A stretch of 64,000 nt of DNA from Eledone cirrhosa. Taxonomy: Eukaryota. The notes under the pieces are model-generated. The model saw nothing but the letters and a program-made list of their open reading frames with translations, was not told where the DNA came from and made no database searches. Shown piece after piece: positions 31,035 through 44,759 of this stretch (position 1 is its first letter; every line of letters starts with the position of its first letter). The stretch lies in the NCBI GenBank assembly GCA_964016885.1, contig OZ024740.1, positions 343,232,001 to 343,296,000 on the forward strand, read 5' to 3'. A program made the translations under genes and the position numbers.

Positions 31035-31932
31035 AAATGATGTACTCACGGCGTTGAGTATGACACATAATTGACTTGATTAGTAAGGCGTAATAAAAGA
31101 GATTAATCAATGCCTCGGCGAACGCTAATAAAATGGAATAATATGTTTGTGATACACACAGTTTCCCAAGGATATTCAGAGAGTAATTGAAATAACTACC
31201 ATTTGGGCTATCGTACCCGCTTTGCACAATCGGTTCATCAAGGGATTACCGTAACGCTACGTCAGTTGGCATAACGATATCATTGGAATTTCAGAACGGG
31301 GATTAATTTAACTGTTTTGTTAGAATTTATTTTTGTCCCTGCTAGAATTTGCTCCGAAACTCTAACAATAGAGATGAATCGGAGAGCAAAGTTAATTAAA
31401 TAAAACCAAAAAAATATATATATAAATAAAAAACAATACGTCAAGAATTTTACTTGACAGAATATAGTTATGAACGAAAATGAATCTATGAATCATACAT
31501 ATCAGAAATTGATGGAATCATCTGATAACTTAGTCAATAGTTATTTCTATTCTTGTCTTGATCTTATATAGTTTTCAGTCAGTTTATGTAAATCATGATC
31601 ATCTTTACACCCAAATCTATTGTTCAAAAATAAGTAGTGTGAAATATTCATATTTTATATTTGGTTTTAGTGACAGCGTTATCTTAGAAAAGAAACAAAG
31701 ATACTTTCGACTTATTTTCATTTACTTCAAAGTTTACAATTTTTATATTGGATCACCAATGTATTGACTGCTAAAATAAACATACTATCAGTAGGTATCA
31801 GATGATATCTGATATCAGACGCTAGTTTCCTGAGATGAGACCTGAGTTGTAAGAAAACGGAAAAAATGATATTAGAGTTACTAATTAACCTTCTTCCTTT
31901 TCGCACAGATGAACATATATTTGTACACACAA

Positions 31933-31993
<61 letters not shown>

Positions 31994-32096
31994 TATAATA
32001 TATGTATTCATTCATATATATATGTATATTTATCCATACTCACATATATGAGAGTGTATATATACAATTCTCTCTCTGCCCCCCCCCTCTCTCGCT

Positions 32097-32132
<36 letters not shown>

Positions 32133-32389
32133 TGAGAGACAGAGAAAGAGGTGATGGAGAGAACTCTTGTCAGTTATTAGTTACATTTCCTAATGTATTC
32201 GCTACTCCTCTTATGCATTTTTCTTCACCTCAATCACTTCGTTCATGAGATATAAGAAGTTTGGATTTTCTTTTACAGGCGTGATGCTATTCGAATCTCC
32301 ATTAGTGAATCTAGTGAACTTGAGAGAACAATGGGATATATAAAAACTGCACACACTGATTAAAATATCAATATCTATATATATATATG

Positions 32390-32490
<101 letters not shown>

Positions 32491-32497
32491 ATATATA

Positions 32498-32546
<49 letters not shown>

Positions 32547-32553
32547 AGACATA

Positions 32554-32677
<124 letters not shown>

Positions 32678-32975
32678 TATTTTAAACAGATTATGTCATG
32701 TGTTCCTGGTAACTCAAGTCGCAAGATAATGAAATTTAGCTTCTATCTATCTATCTATCTATCTATACATAGATACATACAAACATACATAAATACACAC
32801 ACACACACGCACAAACACATACACACACACACACTCATATACATATGTATACATCCACCCTTCCCAAAAATACCTAGCTAAACGCACACGTGCTTTCTCT
32901 CCAAACATTTCTTTATCGTTTCTTCCCCTTCTTACTCTCGTCTATCTTTCTATTCCTTCTTTTATTTCTCCTTCA

Positions 32976-33010
32976 TTTTCTGATGAAGGACTAATATCCG
33001 AAACGTTAAG
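32976..33010 (+). ncRNA. Minimal hammerhead motif; decayed relative at 56347-56380 (minus)
   Basis: CTGATGA-a-gga ctaata tcc-GAAA-CG-TT-aag, with palindromic ACGT stem III. Confidence 0.65.
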
Positions 33011-33014
33011 TCTC

Positions 33015-36000
33015 TTTTCTTAGCTTTACTCTCTCCGTCGCTCTTCCCTCTCTCTATAATAGATCATTCCCCCTCTATATATTTTAACTGCTTTACTCTC
33101 TCTGACGCTCTTCACTCTCTATATGACAACACTGTTTTACACACCTCCCTATAGTTTCTTAGCTTTACTCTCTCCATCGCTCTTCCCTCTCTCTATAATA
33201 GATTATTCCCCCTCTCTATAATTTAACTGCTGCGGGAGTCATTGGCGTTCCGTATTGACATACGGCTTTTCTGAGGCATTTTAAATCGGCTTATTACAAA
33301 TAACAACCCGCAAAATAACACTTCATATAACAGATTAATGCTATAGACATATGAATTGGAATGTAACCAATGAACTTTTTCCTGGGCAAAATTATTCGAA
33401 CAGACATGACCTCATTGCCAGAGTGTTCAGACTGAAACTGGCTAAACTCATGGCTTTAATCAAAAAGGGTCAGGTATTTGGGGCTGTAAAATGTGACATG
33501 TTCACCGTGGAATGGCAAAAACGAGGGCTGCCACATGCTCACATTTTGATTTGGTTAGTTGATAAAATCAATTCAAATGCCATAGACAGCTTCATTTCGG
33601 CTGAAATCCCTAACCCAGCAACTGACTAGGAATTACATGACATCGTCAAAGCTAACATGGTCCGTGTGCGTCGGGTCCTAATGAGCATCACACGTGTCTG
33701 AAATGGGGCTCGTGCAGTAAGGGATACCCCAAAAAATTTGTTGACGAGACTCAGACTGGTGGCGACGGGTACCTCCTGTACAGGCGGAGACGGCCCGAGA
33801 ACGGTGGCTTCACCACAACAGTAAGGGGAGGTCAAGTCGACAATAGATGGGTGGTCCCTTACTGCCCGCTTCTCTTGAAGATGTTCAATGCCCACATCAA
33901 CGTTCAGTTTTGCAACTCCGTCAAGTCGATAAAATACATATGCAAATATGTAAATAAGGGCTCTGATGCCGCAATGTTCGCATTTCAAGCTGAAAATAGC
34001 AGGGACGAGGTCACAGAATACCTGGCGGGGCGGTACATCAGTAGCAATGAAGCTTTTTGGCGCCTATTTGGTTTACCCTTACATCAACGACACCCCGCCA
34101 TCGTACAGCTTGCGGTACATTTGGAAAATGAGCAAAGGGTTTACTTTACGGACAAACCACTGCCAAGTTGGCCGCCCATCCGAAAGAGACCACTCTGACG
34201 GGTTTCTTCAAACTTTGCCAATTCGATACATTTGCGCAAACAATTGTGTACCCCTAGGTTCCATCCTACTTTATATGGTCGAAAAACACTTGGGTGCGAA
34301 GAAAGTCAGGTCAGGCTGTTGAAAGACATCATGGTGTAAAATTTGACAGCTGTCTTGGAAGGGTTTACACTGTGCCTCCAAGTCAGCATGAGTGCTTTCA
34401 TCTCCGCCTTCTTCTGCATGAAGTTGTAGGTCCACAAAGTTTTCAGGACCTCAAAACTGTTGATGGAGAAATATGTGATACGTACCGGGAAACCTGCTTT
34501 AAGCGTGGTCTTTTGGAAGATGATTCTCAATGGGATTCCACTTTAGCAGGGGGCGCTTTGTTGAAATCACCTAAAAGTATACGGGAACTCTTTGCCATTT
34601 CGCTTCAAAAGTGTGAATTGGGTGTTCCCAAATCTTTATGGGTCAAGTACAGAGACTTCATGTCTGAGGACTTCCTGTGCCTGGCTCATCTGCAGTATCC
34701 TTCAGTGGAAGTTGGTTACAGCGACATCATCTACAACAGGGCACTCATTGATATCGAAGACGCCCTCCTCGACATGGATGGGAGTGAGTTGGCGAGGTAT
34801 TGCTTGTCCTCAACCGTCAGAGTGGAAGCTAACACGTTGGCCCTGGATTTGTTGCGGGAAACAGCATATGACATCGAATCTCTTTCCCAATACTTAGAGG
34901 AAAATGAGTCTTCTGTCGGACCAAAGGTTGGCCTATTTAACTATCATTGACGCGGTTCAAAATCAGACTGGGGGTATTTACTTTCTCGATGCTCCTGGGG
35001 GTGCCGGAAAAACTTTTGTAACGAAATTGATTCTCGCTAAGATTCGTCAGGAGAAAAAAATTGCGTTGGCCGTTGCATCGTGCGGGATCGCTGCTACTTT
35101 GCTGCAGGGAGGCAGGACAGCACATTCAACCTTTAAACTCCCCGTGGATTTAGTAAAAACTGAGACACCAACATGCAATATCAGCAAGAGCTCACACGAA
35201 GCTCTGGTTCTCAAAAAAAGTTGCCTCATTGTTTGGGATGAGTGCACAATAGCACACAAGGTTGCCCTTGAAGCAGTGGACAGGGCCCTGAAAGACATTA
35301 GGTATTGTACGGATCCTATGGGTGATTTTCGGATCCAGGGGATTTTCGGCAAACGCTGCCTGTCATCCCCAAAGAGACAAGAGCTGATGAAGTGCGTGCC
35401 TGCCTTAAGTCGTCCATGTTGTGGACCCAGGTGAAGAGTTTGTACCTGAGCACAAATATGCGTGCTCATTTGCATGGTGACAACATGTCTGCAGCATTTG
35501 CTTAGAACATTTTAGCCCTTGGTGAGGGCAAGGTCCCTGCGGATGACAAAGGCGGCATAGCAATCGACTCCCTCTGCATCATTGTGAGCAGCTCTTCTGA
35601 CCTTTGGGAAGTAGTTTTTCCTAATGTCTCATCTAACTTTAAACACCTCGATTGGCTCAGCGAAAGATCCAGCCTTGCTCCGAACAGCTGATTGAGAAGA
35701 TTCCCGGTAAAGAGCACATCTTCAAATATATCGACCGGACGTCAGACCCCGACGATATCGTTAATTATCCGGTTGAGTTATTAAATTCCCTTGAGCCCCC
35801 AGGGCTCCCACCTCACATTCTTAAGATTAGGGTTGGCTGTCCCATTATGCTAATAAGGAACTTGCGTCCACCAAATCAGTGCAACAGTACTCGCATGGTT
35901 GTCAAGTCACTGACGCCCCACTTGATTGAGGCCACCATTGTAACGAGGTACGGGAGAGGGAGAATGTTTTCAGTCCAAGGATGAACCTTTTCCCCTCGGC

Positions 36001-36560
36001 GTCAGATATCCCGTTCGATTTCCGGCGATCCCAATTCCCGGTGAGACCATGTTTTGCCATGTCCATTAACAAGTCAAAAGGGCAAATATTGTCGGTGGCG
36101 GGCATCCATTTGGGGGACCCATGCTTCTCCCATGGCCAACTTTATGTTGCCTGTTCCCGCGTAGGGAGCAGGAATGTACTTTTTGCTTACACTCCTCAAG
36201 GGATGACACGCAATATCGTCTACAAAGAGGTGCTATAGATGTTGGTGCAGGTGTTGGAGGTGTTGGAGCTATGCCGTCTGGAAAACTTTTTCCTGGTAGG
36301 GTCACCCATGGCGGACAGATCTGACACCCAGCGGCATCAGGGAACCATCTTGCGTTTTTGGTCTGTTAAATTCGCTATTGGAAGATTATTAACCCATCAT
36401 TGATTGTCCAAAATGCTAATTGGTTCGTAACTTTTAATAACCGGTTCAACTGCTTTATGCAGTTAATTGATAAGCTTATTAGCTTTCAAGCCACGTTTAC
36501 CTGTATGTAACTTTTCATAGCAAATTAACAAAACCGAGCAACGCCGGGCTAAACTGCTAG
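33015..36560 (+). mobile_element. Decayed autonomous-type Helitron (5' end uncertain)
   Basis: Rep and helicase remnants, 3' GC-rich ccgagcaacgccggg plus CTAG|T; short internal duplications at 33015-33232. Confidence 0.92.
33351..36238 (+). pseudogene. Helitron RepHel (HUH replication initiator plus Pif1-family helicase), frameshifted
   Basis: HDLIARVF, VEWQKRGLPHAHILIW, VVPYCP..HINVQFC..SIKYICKYVNKG, DAPGGAGKTF, IVWDE, QFPVRPCFAMSINKSKGQ, FSHGQLYVACSRV. Confidence 0.95.
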
Positions 36561-36574
36561 TATATATATATATA

Positions 36575-36803
36575 TTGCAGACTCGAGACTTTGTTGTTCA
36601 ATCCTAAGTCATTTATAATGATTGGCAGTATAGGTAGACGGTCGGACGCCATGCTTTGAAGCATAGAGTTATGGTCCTTTATGATCTGAGTTCAAATCCC
36701 GCCGAGGTTACCTTTGCCTTTCATCCTTACGGGGTCGATAAAATAAAGTACGAGTAATGCACTAGGATAATTGCTGGCTTTGTGCCAAAAGAAACAATTA
36801 TTA
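36575..36803 (+). mobile_element. Main SINE with a ~45-bp upstream extension shared with 44405-44653
   Basis: ttgcagactcgagactttgtt.ttcaatcctaagtcatt precedes the SINE head in both copies. Confidence 0.85.
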
Positions 36804-36879
36804 TTATAAGCTACTTCACAAAAATAAGTAAGTGTAAACATATTGTTATTTTCCTTGAACTAAAAAAACATTAGGGGCA

Positions 36880-36959
<80 letters not shown>

Positions 36960-36962
<3 letters not shown>

Positions 36963-37370
36963 AGCAAGACTTGTTGACGAAGTAAATACTTTGTTTTGTC
37001 GTCAAAGGCCATTAACTTGCAGACCCCTGCAAGCGGAATTAGTCGATCTCGGATTTACAGAAACCTAGCGTGGATGTTGTGTGTTGTATGTGATGTATAT
37101 CGTATGCGATACGATATGCGTTATGTGTTGCATTCGATTTCCGCGTGATGGTCCAGGTCAGTCAAAATCTTTCCCTGAGTTCAGTCTTTTTCGTTGCTAT
37201 GGCAATGCGGCTGGACTGCCAGTCGCTATATTTGATTTGCAAAGCTGTCTAAACGTATTGTTATAACTCTGGGGTATTATTCTCCACCGAGTGCTAAAGC
37301 TACATTCCGAATCTGCATTCGTTAGCTTAGCCGTAGCCTAAAGCTTCGTTAATGCTGTACTAAAATTTGT
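36960..37370 (+). mobile_element. Unclassified (TA)n-embedded insert, probably a PLE 3' end
   Basis: (TA)n flanks; tail motif aactct...ccgagtgct at 37265-37295. Confidence 0.4.
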
Positions 37371-37382
37371 ATATATATATAT

Positions 37383-39845
37383 AGTAATAATAATAAATTT
37401 GAAGAGTAAAATCCAAAGAGGGCTCGATAAGGATAAATATATATCAAATATATAAGAACCGTAGAGCACATATTTATTAAAATAACAGATTAAAGTTTAA
37501 GCAAAGAATCGCTGCTTTCACCCTTAACGGGACCTTCTGAAACTAACAAAGTCAATCTGTAAACGCAGAAGTGGATATTTAAAAAAACGTTGCAACCGGA
37601 GGAAGACAGATACTTTGGTTCGTGGAAACGTTCCCTGGCAAAGAAAGGGAAAAAACGAATATAATACGTCATTAATAGGAGCGGTGAAAAACAATTACAC
37701 GCAAAGACAGGACCACGTTTATGGTATAAAAGAACTCGTAGACTAATGTTCTCTTAGGTGGTTCATAGAGACGTTCTCTGGCAATGAACGGAAAAAACGA
37801 AGATAATACGTCATATGTGGAGCATGGAGAACAATTGCACGCAAAGACAAAACCACGTAAATGGTATAGCTGAAGTCGTATAGTAAAATTCTAACTAATG
37901 GTTTGTATTACCCGTATAGAAAGCCGAATGATACGCTTAATTACATACGTAAGCATTCCAACCATCCTGCCAGCATAACCAAGAACCTGGTAAGAAACGT
38001 TTCGTTGAGGCTTTCCCGTCTATCTACTAACGAGCATATTTTCAACCACCATTCCACTTATTACAATGAAGCTCTTGCTCAGAGTGGATTTGTTGATAAG
38101 GTAGCATATACAGAGTACGAGAATAGACCTAGAAGAAATAGATCCCGTCGCATTATATGGTATAACCCACCATATAATATGGAGGTGGCCACACCATTAG
38201 CTAAGATCTTTCTATCCCTTATTACGAAGCATTTTCCCCCTACACATAAATATAGTAACATTTTTAATAGAAATACTATTAACATTTCTTACTCTACCAC
38301 TCCTAGCCTTGCACATAACATCACAGCTTCAAATTTAGCTAAACTACCTAGCCGCTGGAACACGTGCAACCCTGTAGTTAGTACTAACTGTAATTGTAGG
38401 AATCGGGTTGATTGTCCCCTATCCAGGAAATGCCTCTCTAGTAACATTGTCTACAAATGTAAGGTTGAAACACCCACGTCCTGTAGGGCCTACATAGGGT
38501 TAACCGCCAATAGATTCAAGCAGCGTCTTTACATGCATACCCATTCTTTTCGTTACCCTCTAAGTAGGCATATGACGTCACTTTCAGCTTATATCTGGAG
38601 TCTAAAAGACAACCACACCCAATATAAGTTACACTGGGAGATCCTAGCTAGGGCTAGATTGTATAACGGAAATAAAAGACCATGTGACCTCTGCGCCGCT
38701 GAGGCCCTGGAAATACTCTACGCCATAGACCACATCTTAAACAAAAAATCTGAGGCAATTTCGGCTTGTAAACATAAATTGCACAAAACTTTCCTGTATT
38801 ACAGCCCCACATTATACTCTAACGGATAGTACGAACTATACGTGGATATTTTACGTCTTGATGTGGTAGCTAAGTATGTTATATTTATACCATTACTTAT
38901 TTGCATAGGTAAGTATATATTACCTGTATGTTTTGTGAGGGTACGTATACTTTCTCGTACGTATATTTGATTGTATATGTTATGGCGTATATTTTTATAT
39001 ATTCTGGTACATATGCTTTTGGTTATGGGTATACGGGAGTTTTGCGTCTGTGTGAGTATTCGGGTTCGTACGTATGTTGGGTGTGTGTATGTGTACTTCA
39101 TGTTTTGGTTGACGTACGTCTCCGAACATTTGGGTATTTACATGTATGTATGTGTGTGCGCTTGTTATATACGTATTTATTTATTTATATACGTTTATTT
39201 AATTATTTAATTATTTATTTATTTGTATACACGCACACACACACATATTTATATGTGCGTGGTTTTGTATACCTATGGCGAGTGTTTTCGCGTATGCTTG
39301 TGTATGTACGTATTTGGACGCGTGTATGTATTTATTTCATTTCAATTACCTCTGTATTGTATTTTATTTACTTTATTCTTAACTCTGAAGCGGAGAATCA
39401 TTCGGTTTCCTAGTTAGAATTTTAGTCTACGACTTCAGCTATACCATTTACGTGGTCTTGTCTTTGCGTGCAATTGTTCTCCATGCTCCACATATGACGT
39501 ATTATCTTCGTTTTTTCCGTTCATTGCCAGAGAACGTCTCTATGAACCACCTAAGAGAACATTAGTCTACGAGTTCTTTTATACCATAAACGTGGTCCTG
39601 TCTTTCCGTGGAATTGTTTTTCACCGCTCCTATTAATGACGTATTATATTCGTTTTTTTCCCGTTCTTTGCCAGGGAACGTTTCCACGAACCAAAGTATC
39701 GTCTTCCTGTCTTCCTCCGGTTGCAACGTTTTTTTAAATATCCACTTCTGCGTTTACAGATTGACTTTGTTAGTTTCAGAAGATCCCGTTAAGGGTGAAA
39801 GCAACGATTCTTTGATTTAACTTTAATCTGTTATTTAAATAAATA

Positions 39846-39846
<1 letters not shown>
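37383..39846 (+). mobile_element. Penelope-like element (second lineage), 5'-truncated, with an inverted 3'-end copy upstream (37383-37897 vs 39411-39846)
   Basis: ~430-bp inverted arms around an RT-thumb/GIY-YIG ORF; flanked by (TA)n. Confidence 0.95.
37903..38829 (+). CDS. PLE ORF C-terminal part (RT thumb plus GIY-YIG endonuclease), open but 5'-truncated
   Basis: PYRKPN..YI..SNHP, WYNPPY, IFNRNTINISYS, CNCR..CPL..KCL..NIVYKC, YIGLTANRFKQR, CDLC..E, LNKKSE. Confidence 0.88.
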   Translation: MYYPYRKPNDTLNYIRKHSNHPASITKNLVRNVSLRLSRLSTNEHIFNHHSTYYNEALAQSGFVDKVAYTEYENRPRRNRSRRIIWYNPPYNMEVATPLAKIFLSLITKHFPPTHKYSNIFNRNTINISYSTTPSLAHNITASNLAKLPSRWNTCNPVVSTNCNCRNRVDCPLSRKCLSSNIVYKCKVETPTSCRAYIGLTANRFKQRLYMHTHSFRYPLSRHMTSLSAYIWSLKDNHTQYKLHWEILARARLYNGNKRPCDLCAAEALEILYAIDHILNKKSEAISACKHKLHKTFLYYSPTLYSNG

Positions 39847-39927
<81 letters not shown>

Positions 39928-40015
39928 CACATATATATCTATACACACACATATATATATATATATATACATATATGCATACACACATACACACACACGC
40001 ACACAATATATATAT

Positions 40016-40428
40016 CTCATAAGAAACGGCGAATCAGTGGTGCGACGAGTAAGATTTCTTAGACATATTACAATCGTTTCTCTGGCGACCAGCTCGAGGC
40101 ACGATCGATGCAGTGATCAAACCTGACTCTGATATCGCAAGATCCTCGGATATGTCTCGATTCTACGAAGCAGAGTTTCCAACAAAAAAAACTCTGCTTC
40201 GTAGAATCGAGACATATCTGAGGATCTTGCGATTTCATAGTCAGCTTTGATCACTGCATCGATCGTGCCTCGAGCTGGTCGCCAGAGAAACGATTGTAAT
40301 ATGTCTAATAAATCTTATTCGTCGCACCACTGATTCTCCGTTTCTTATGTGATATTATACTCTGCTCTGTAAGAGCATCGAGTGCTCAAACGGCATACCG
40401 CTTACGGACGCTTTAAGCATCCCACACC

Positions 40429-40432
<4 letters not shown>
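40016..40432 (+). mobile_element. Fold-back PLE-end insert, family F (arms 40018-40178 / 40189-40349, tail to 40432)
   Basis: Inverted arms with hammerhead; (TA)n flanks. Confidence 0.9.
40211..40305 (+). ncRNA. Type-I hammerhead ribozyme
   Basis: gacatat-CTGAGGA-tct.gcga/tcgc.aga-GAAA-CGATTG-TA-atatgtc (7-bp stem I), AATAAA at 40307-40312. Confidence 0.85.
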
Positions 40433-40507
<75 letters not shown>

Positions 40508-42149
40508 CATATATACATACATAGGTATACGTGTTAGGTGTGTATTTGTGTGTGTGCGCATGTGTGGGAGTGTGTATCTGAGTGTGTGTATGTGTCTGTG
40601 TATGCTTGCGTGTGCGCATGTATATATTCACGAAAAAGCATGTACTATAGCAATATATTACAAGTCGCAGCTTTTCACGCATTCAACTTTAAATTACATC
40701 AGAGGTAAACCACGTTGGCATTTTTATGCCATTTATTTTATTTTCGCTCTCTATTTTCCTTATCTTTTTACAATTCCCTAAGGTTATGGTGATAAAGCCA
40801 TACTTACTGTAACAATGCAGTTCGCTTCGCTAATTCCGTTGTTCAGATCTCAAGAATGCTGTCGGCTCTCATAACATATCTAACATATAACCTGTAGTAA
40901 ATTTACTCCAGTACAAAGTCAGTCTGCGTGAAAGCGTATTATTTATTTAACGGTTGTGGATTGTTGATGAAGATTGAAAAATAGAGACGTGTACATGGTT
41001 CAAGAGAAAACATAATTCAGTATATTAGATATATTTAGAACGATCCAGCGTTCAATCTGTCCTTTTATTCTATATATTATCTTACTGGTTCCAGTCATTG
41101 AATGACCATGCTGAGGCACTGCGTTCAAGGGTTTAGCCAAATATATCCACCACAGTTCTTATTTCAGTCTAGTACGGACGTTCTCTATCTGTGAAGCGGC
41201 TAATTTATGGAATATTAGGGAATGTAATATAAAAAACACAATTTAAAAAAAAAATCGCTGTACTCATAATCAGACACATATACGCGGGTGCGCTGGCGTG
41301 CAATTATTGGTTAATTCCTAGTTATAGTAGAGGACACTTATGCAAGATCTCAATTAGGATTGATATGCGACTACATAGCTGCAAAACGAACTTCTTAACT
41401 TCTCAGTAAAGTGTACTTTTTATATATTAATGTTTATTATATATCCTTCTATGTTGTCTGAATTCTGAAGTTGTCGTTGTTTCTGTTCTGTTGTTTAGTT
41501 CCACAGTAACTCTGTTTCTCTGATCTATAGCACCAACTTTGTGTTCCAGATAGATCCTGCCTTTTTCTACTAGAAGACAACACTGCATCCTCAGCTATAT
41601 AGAGGTTTATTGTATAACGTACCATACACTCTATCTATTCAGTTTTGTATGATTATTCTTATGCTTTCTTTCGTTTAGCCCTAGATCAATACGAATCTGT
41701 TCAACCAACAAATCTCCTCCTCAATATCATTACTAGGCAGGGATATCTGAAAGGTTTTCATAGTCACCGGACCTAAAGTCCTTCGGAACAGACTAGATAC
41801 TTGATTCGTGTTGATGACCAGAGTTTTTCCCAAATCGTGGTCACCCTTATCTACCGCTAGTCATCAATATGGGATTCTACCTACCATATTGTCCGACTTG
41901 TAGAATGGAGGCTATCAGTTAAATAATATTCTAAATGTCAGGCACCCAGTTTAGGTTTTCACTTGACTCAGGACTACAGTTCCGCTAAAGAGACGAACGT
42001 TCGGTAAACGTGTCTGATAAAAGGTAATTACACATGTTCACCTCCCGGGAATATCTGCAAATACTGCAGCCTCAGCTTCTGTTTACATATCATCAGCCTT
42101 GGTATACTAAGCTGTTTGTAAGGAGGGTGTTAGCAGCAAATAGTTCACT

Positions 42150-42420
42150 TTACGAATGAATCGCATTTCTACTTCAACTGAGTTGCCTGTCAAGATACCA
42201 GGCTATAAGCAACCGAATTTGACCGGCTTAGACTTTGTGGCCGTCAACGCTTCATATTCGTTAAGAACAGTGCCGACAACCTCGACATCCGTGGTACACG
42301 ACACCATTACGGTGCTGTCATCCGCATATGCCAACACAGTTCTCCTGAGTTTTAGTTTGAAAAGAATGCTTCTTGAATGGAGTTTCTGAAGCAGTTTCTC
42401 AAGAGAGTCAGTACATTGAG
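42150..42420 (-). pseudogene. Non-LTR retrotransposon RT fragment (Tx1/L1-like)
   Basis: VLAYADDSTVMV...VGTVLNEYEALT. Confidence 0.6.
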
Positions 42421-42929
42421 AATAAATGGCAAAAGACACTGTTGATGGATTGAACATGTGATACGAAGCAGTTCTAATATGTTGTCATTAAAACTAATCA
42501 ATGAACAGATGCTGCAGCACATTGGAGTTATCCAGCTTCTGAAACTAACTACCCTGAAGAATGACGCTAAATATCGAAAGTTTTTATTGATGTGAATTGA
42601 TTAAAACCTTACCGCATTAAAACTTTAAAACCATACGCCACCTCTGTACTATTTATCGCATGGAATAGAGATTATCATGGATTGATCTGCCTGGGATCCC
42701 TTCCCTTGACCATTTCCTTCTCCAGCAGCAATGTCACGATGTCTTCAGAATGGCTTTCTGATAGCAGATTCCCTACTTTTACTCTAACTACAAGTTGTTC
42801 CTGGTATGATGGGATGAGCATGGATCCTTCGCTCGTCACTATGATGGTGGCTGGCTCTTCATGTCATCGTCGTCACTAGCACATCATTGCCATAATCAAC
42901 AGTGACAAAATCCCCACAGTCATCATCAA

Positions 42930-43290
42930 CATTCCCCCTCCTCCTCCTCCTCCTCCTCGTCCAGCGTCGACGACGACGACGACCACCACCACTACCACCC
43001 TTCCCCTATCCTCCTACCCCCCTCCTCCTCCTCCTCCTCCTTATCATCATCATCATCATCATCATTATGTTCTTCTTTGTTGCCATTGTCGTTAACGATG
43101 ACATCCTTATCGTCGCTATTGTCGTGGTCACAATCTGCCATCAATGTTATCAACATAATCATCATAATGATCGTCGTCGTGGTTGTCGTCATCATCATCA
43201 TCCTCATCATCATTATTATCATCATCACCACCACCACCACCATCATCACCATCATAATCATCATCATCACCATCATCACAACCTTCATCA
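42930..43290. repeat. Compound (CCT)n/(CAT)n/(CAC)n microsatellite
   Basis: Direct reading. Confidence 0.9.
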
Positions 43291-44249
43291 CGAACAGCTA
43301 ACTTGTTCGGAGAGCTAACTCAGTTAAAGTACAAAATGATTACCTTCAGTGCTATCTCTTGTAAAGAATTATCGATTTTGTTATCAGTTAGAAAAGGAAA
43401 GACAGAAAAACAAAAAGAAAGAAAGAAGGAAGTAAAGACAGAAAGAGAGAAGAAAGAAACATCAAAATGATAAGCTAAAAGGAAGAAAGAATGGCTTGGT
43501 TAAAGGATATTTAAATGGCTAGCAAGGTCCATTTCTAAACTTAAAGACATTAATTTAGATTCGGTTTTATCGAAGCTGTAGAGGGGAAAAAAATAAACAA
43601 GAAAGCATTGCTAGATCACAAATAAAAGAAGAGAAAATGGAATGGAGGAGAAGAATGTGTTTTTGTCTTTGTTTTGTTTGTTTTGTGTTTCTGTTATGTT
43701 TTTTAAGCGCCAGTTGTTGAGTATGTAAGGTATTGGTGACCCAACCCAGAAGTAGATAGGTGATTCGTATCCCTTGAAACGTGTTTGAGTAGTGATTGTT
43801 GTTGTTGTTTTAGTTGTTGTTGCGCCCTAGCCAGCTCTAATCAGTCTTGGTTGAGTAACCTACCTACCACATCAATTACTTTCCAGTTATAACCACGCCG
43901 TATATTGGTTTGGATATTGGTTGTCTAAGACTACATTATTCAAAGTGTCTTTCATTTTCAAGATGGTTTGGTGTAATTTGAGCGTGATTTAGTTACTACT
44001 TTAAACAGATCAAGTGATCTTATGGTGACTTCCTCTTTGACTTGTGTTGTGATGTGGTTGAAAATACATGGCTGTTAAACTCTGGCGTGGTTGCTAGATC
44101 TTTTAGAATTTGTAGTTAAATTTCCATCAAATCACATACGATTCTATTTTAGAAGGAAGACCATACTGAATAATGTAGTCATAGATACCGTATATAAAAA
44201 ATACGAAGATTATCACTATGACAATTTGGTCATGAGTCTTCTTAATTAT

Positions 44250-44653
44250 TTGTTTCTACTTTAGGCACAAGGCCAGCAATTAGCCAGTTCATTACTGGTA
44301 CTTTATTTTATCGACCCCGTAAGGATGAAAGGCAAAGTCAACCTCGGCGGGATTTGAACTCAGATCGTAAAGGGACGTAACTATGCTGTCTTCTTAATTA
44401 TTAATGGTTTCTCATATAGGCACAAGGCCAGCAATTTTGCGGGAGGGGAAGTCGATTAAATCGATCCCAGTGCGTGACTGGTACTTTATTTTATGACCCC
44501 GTACGAATGAAAGGCAAAGTTAACCTTAATGGGATTTGAGCTCACATCATAAAGGGCCGTAACTCTATGCTGCAAAGCATGACGTCCGACCCTCTACCGA
44601 TAATGCCAATTATTAATGACTTAGGATTGAAAAACAAAGTCTCGAGTCTGCAA
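44250..44653 (-). mobile_element. Two tandem main-family SINEs (44250-44388 truncated; 44405-44611 with extension to 44653)
   Basis: Reverse-complement match. Confidence 0.9.
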
Positions 44654-44759
44654 GGGACGTCTACGTTGTTGCTTTATCTGCTAGAAATCGAATAAACATT
44701 TTTTTTCTAGTTCAGGAGAAAGGAGCATTGTCTGCACAGACCCTTCTAAATCAAAAATA

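Noticed and set aside
39421-39690. SECIS-like element (ATGAc...) in the PLE 3' tandem units
   Set aside because: No apical AA loop or proper GA quartet stem, and no in-frame TGA in the upstream ORF
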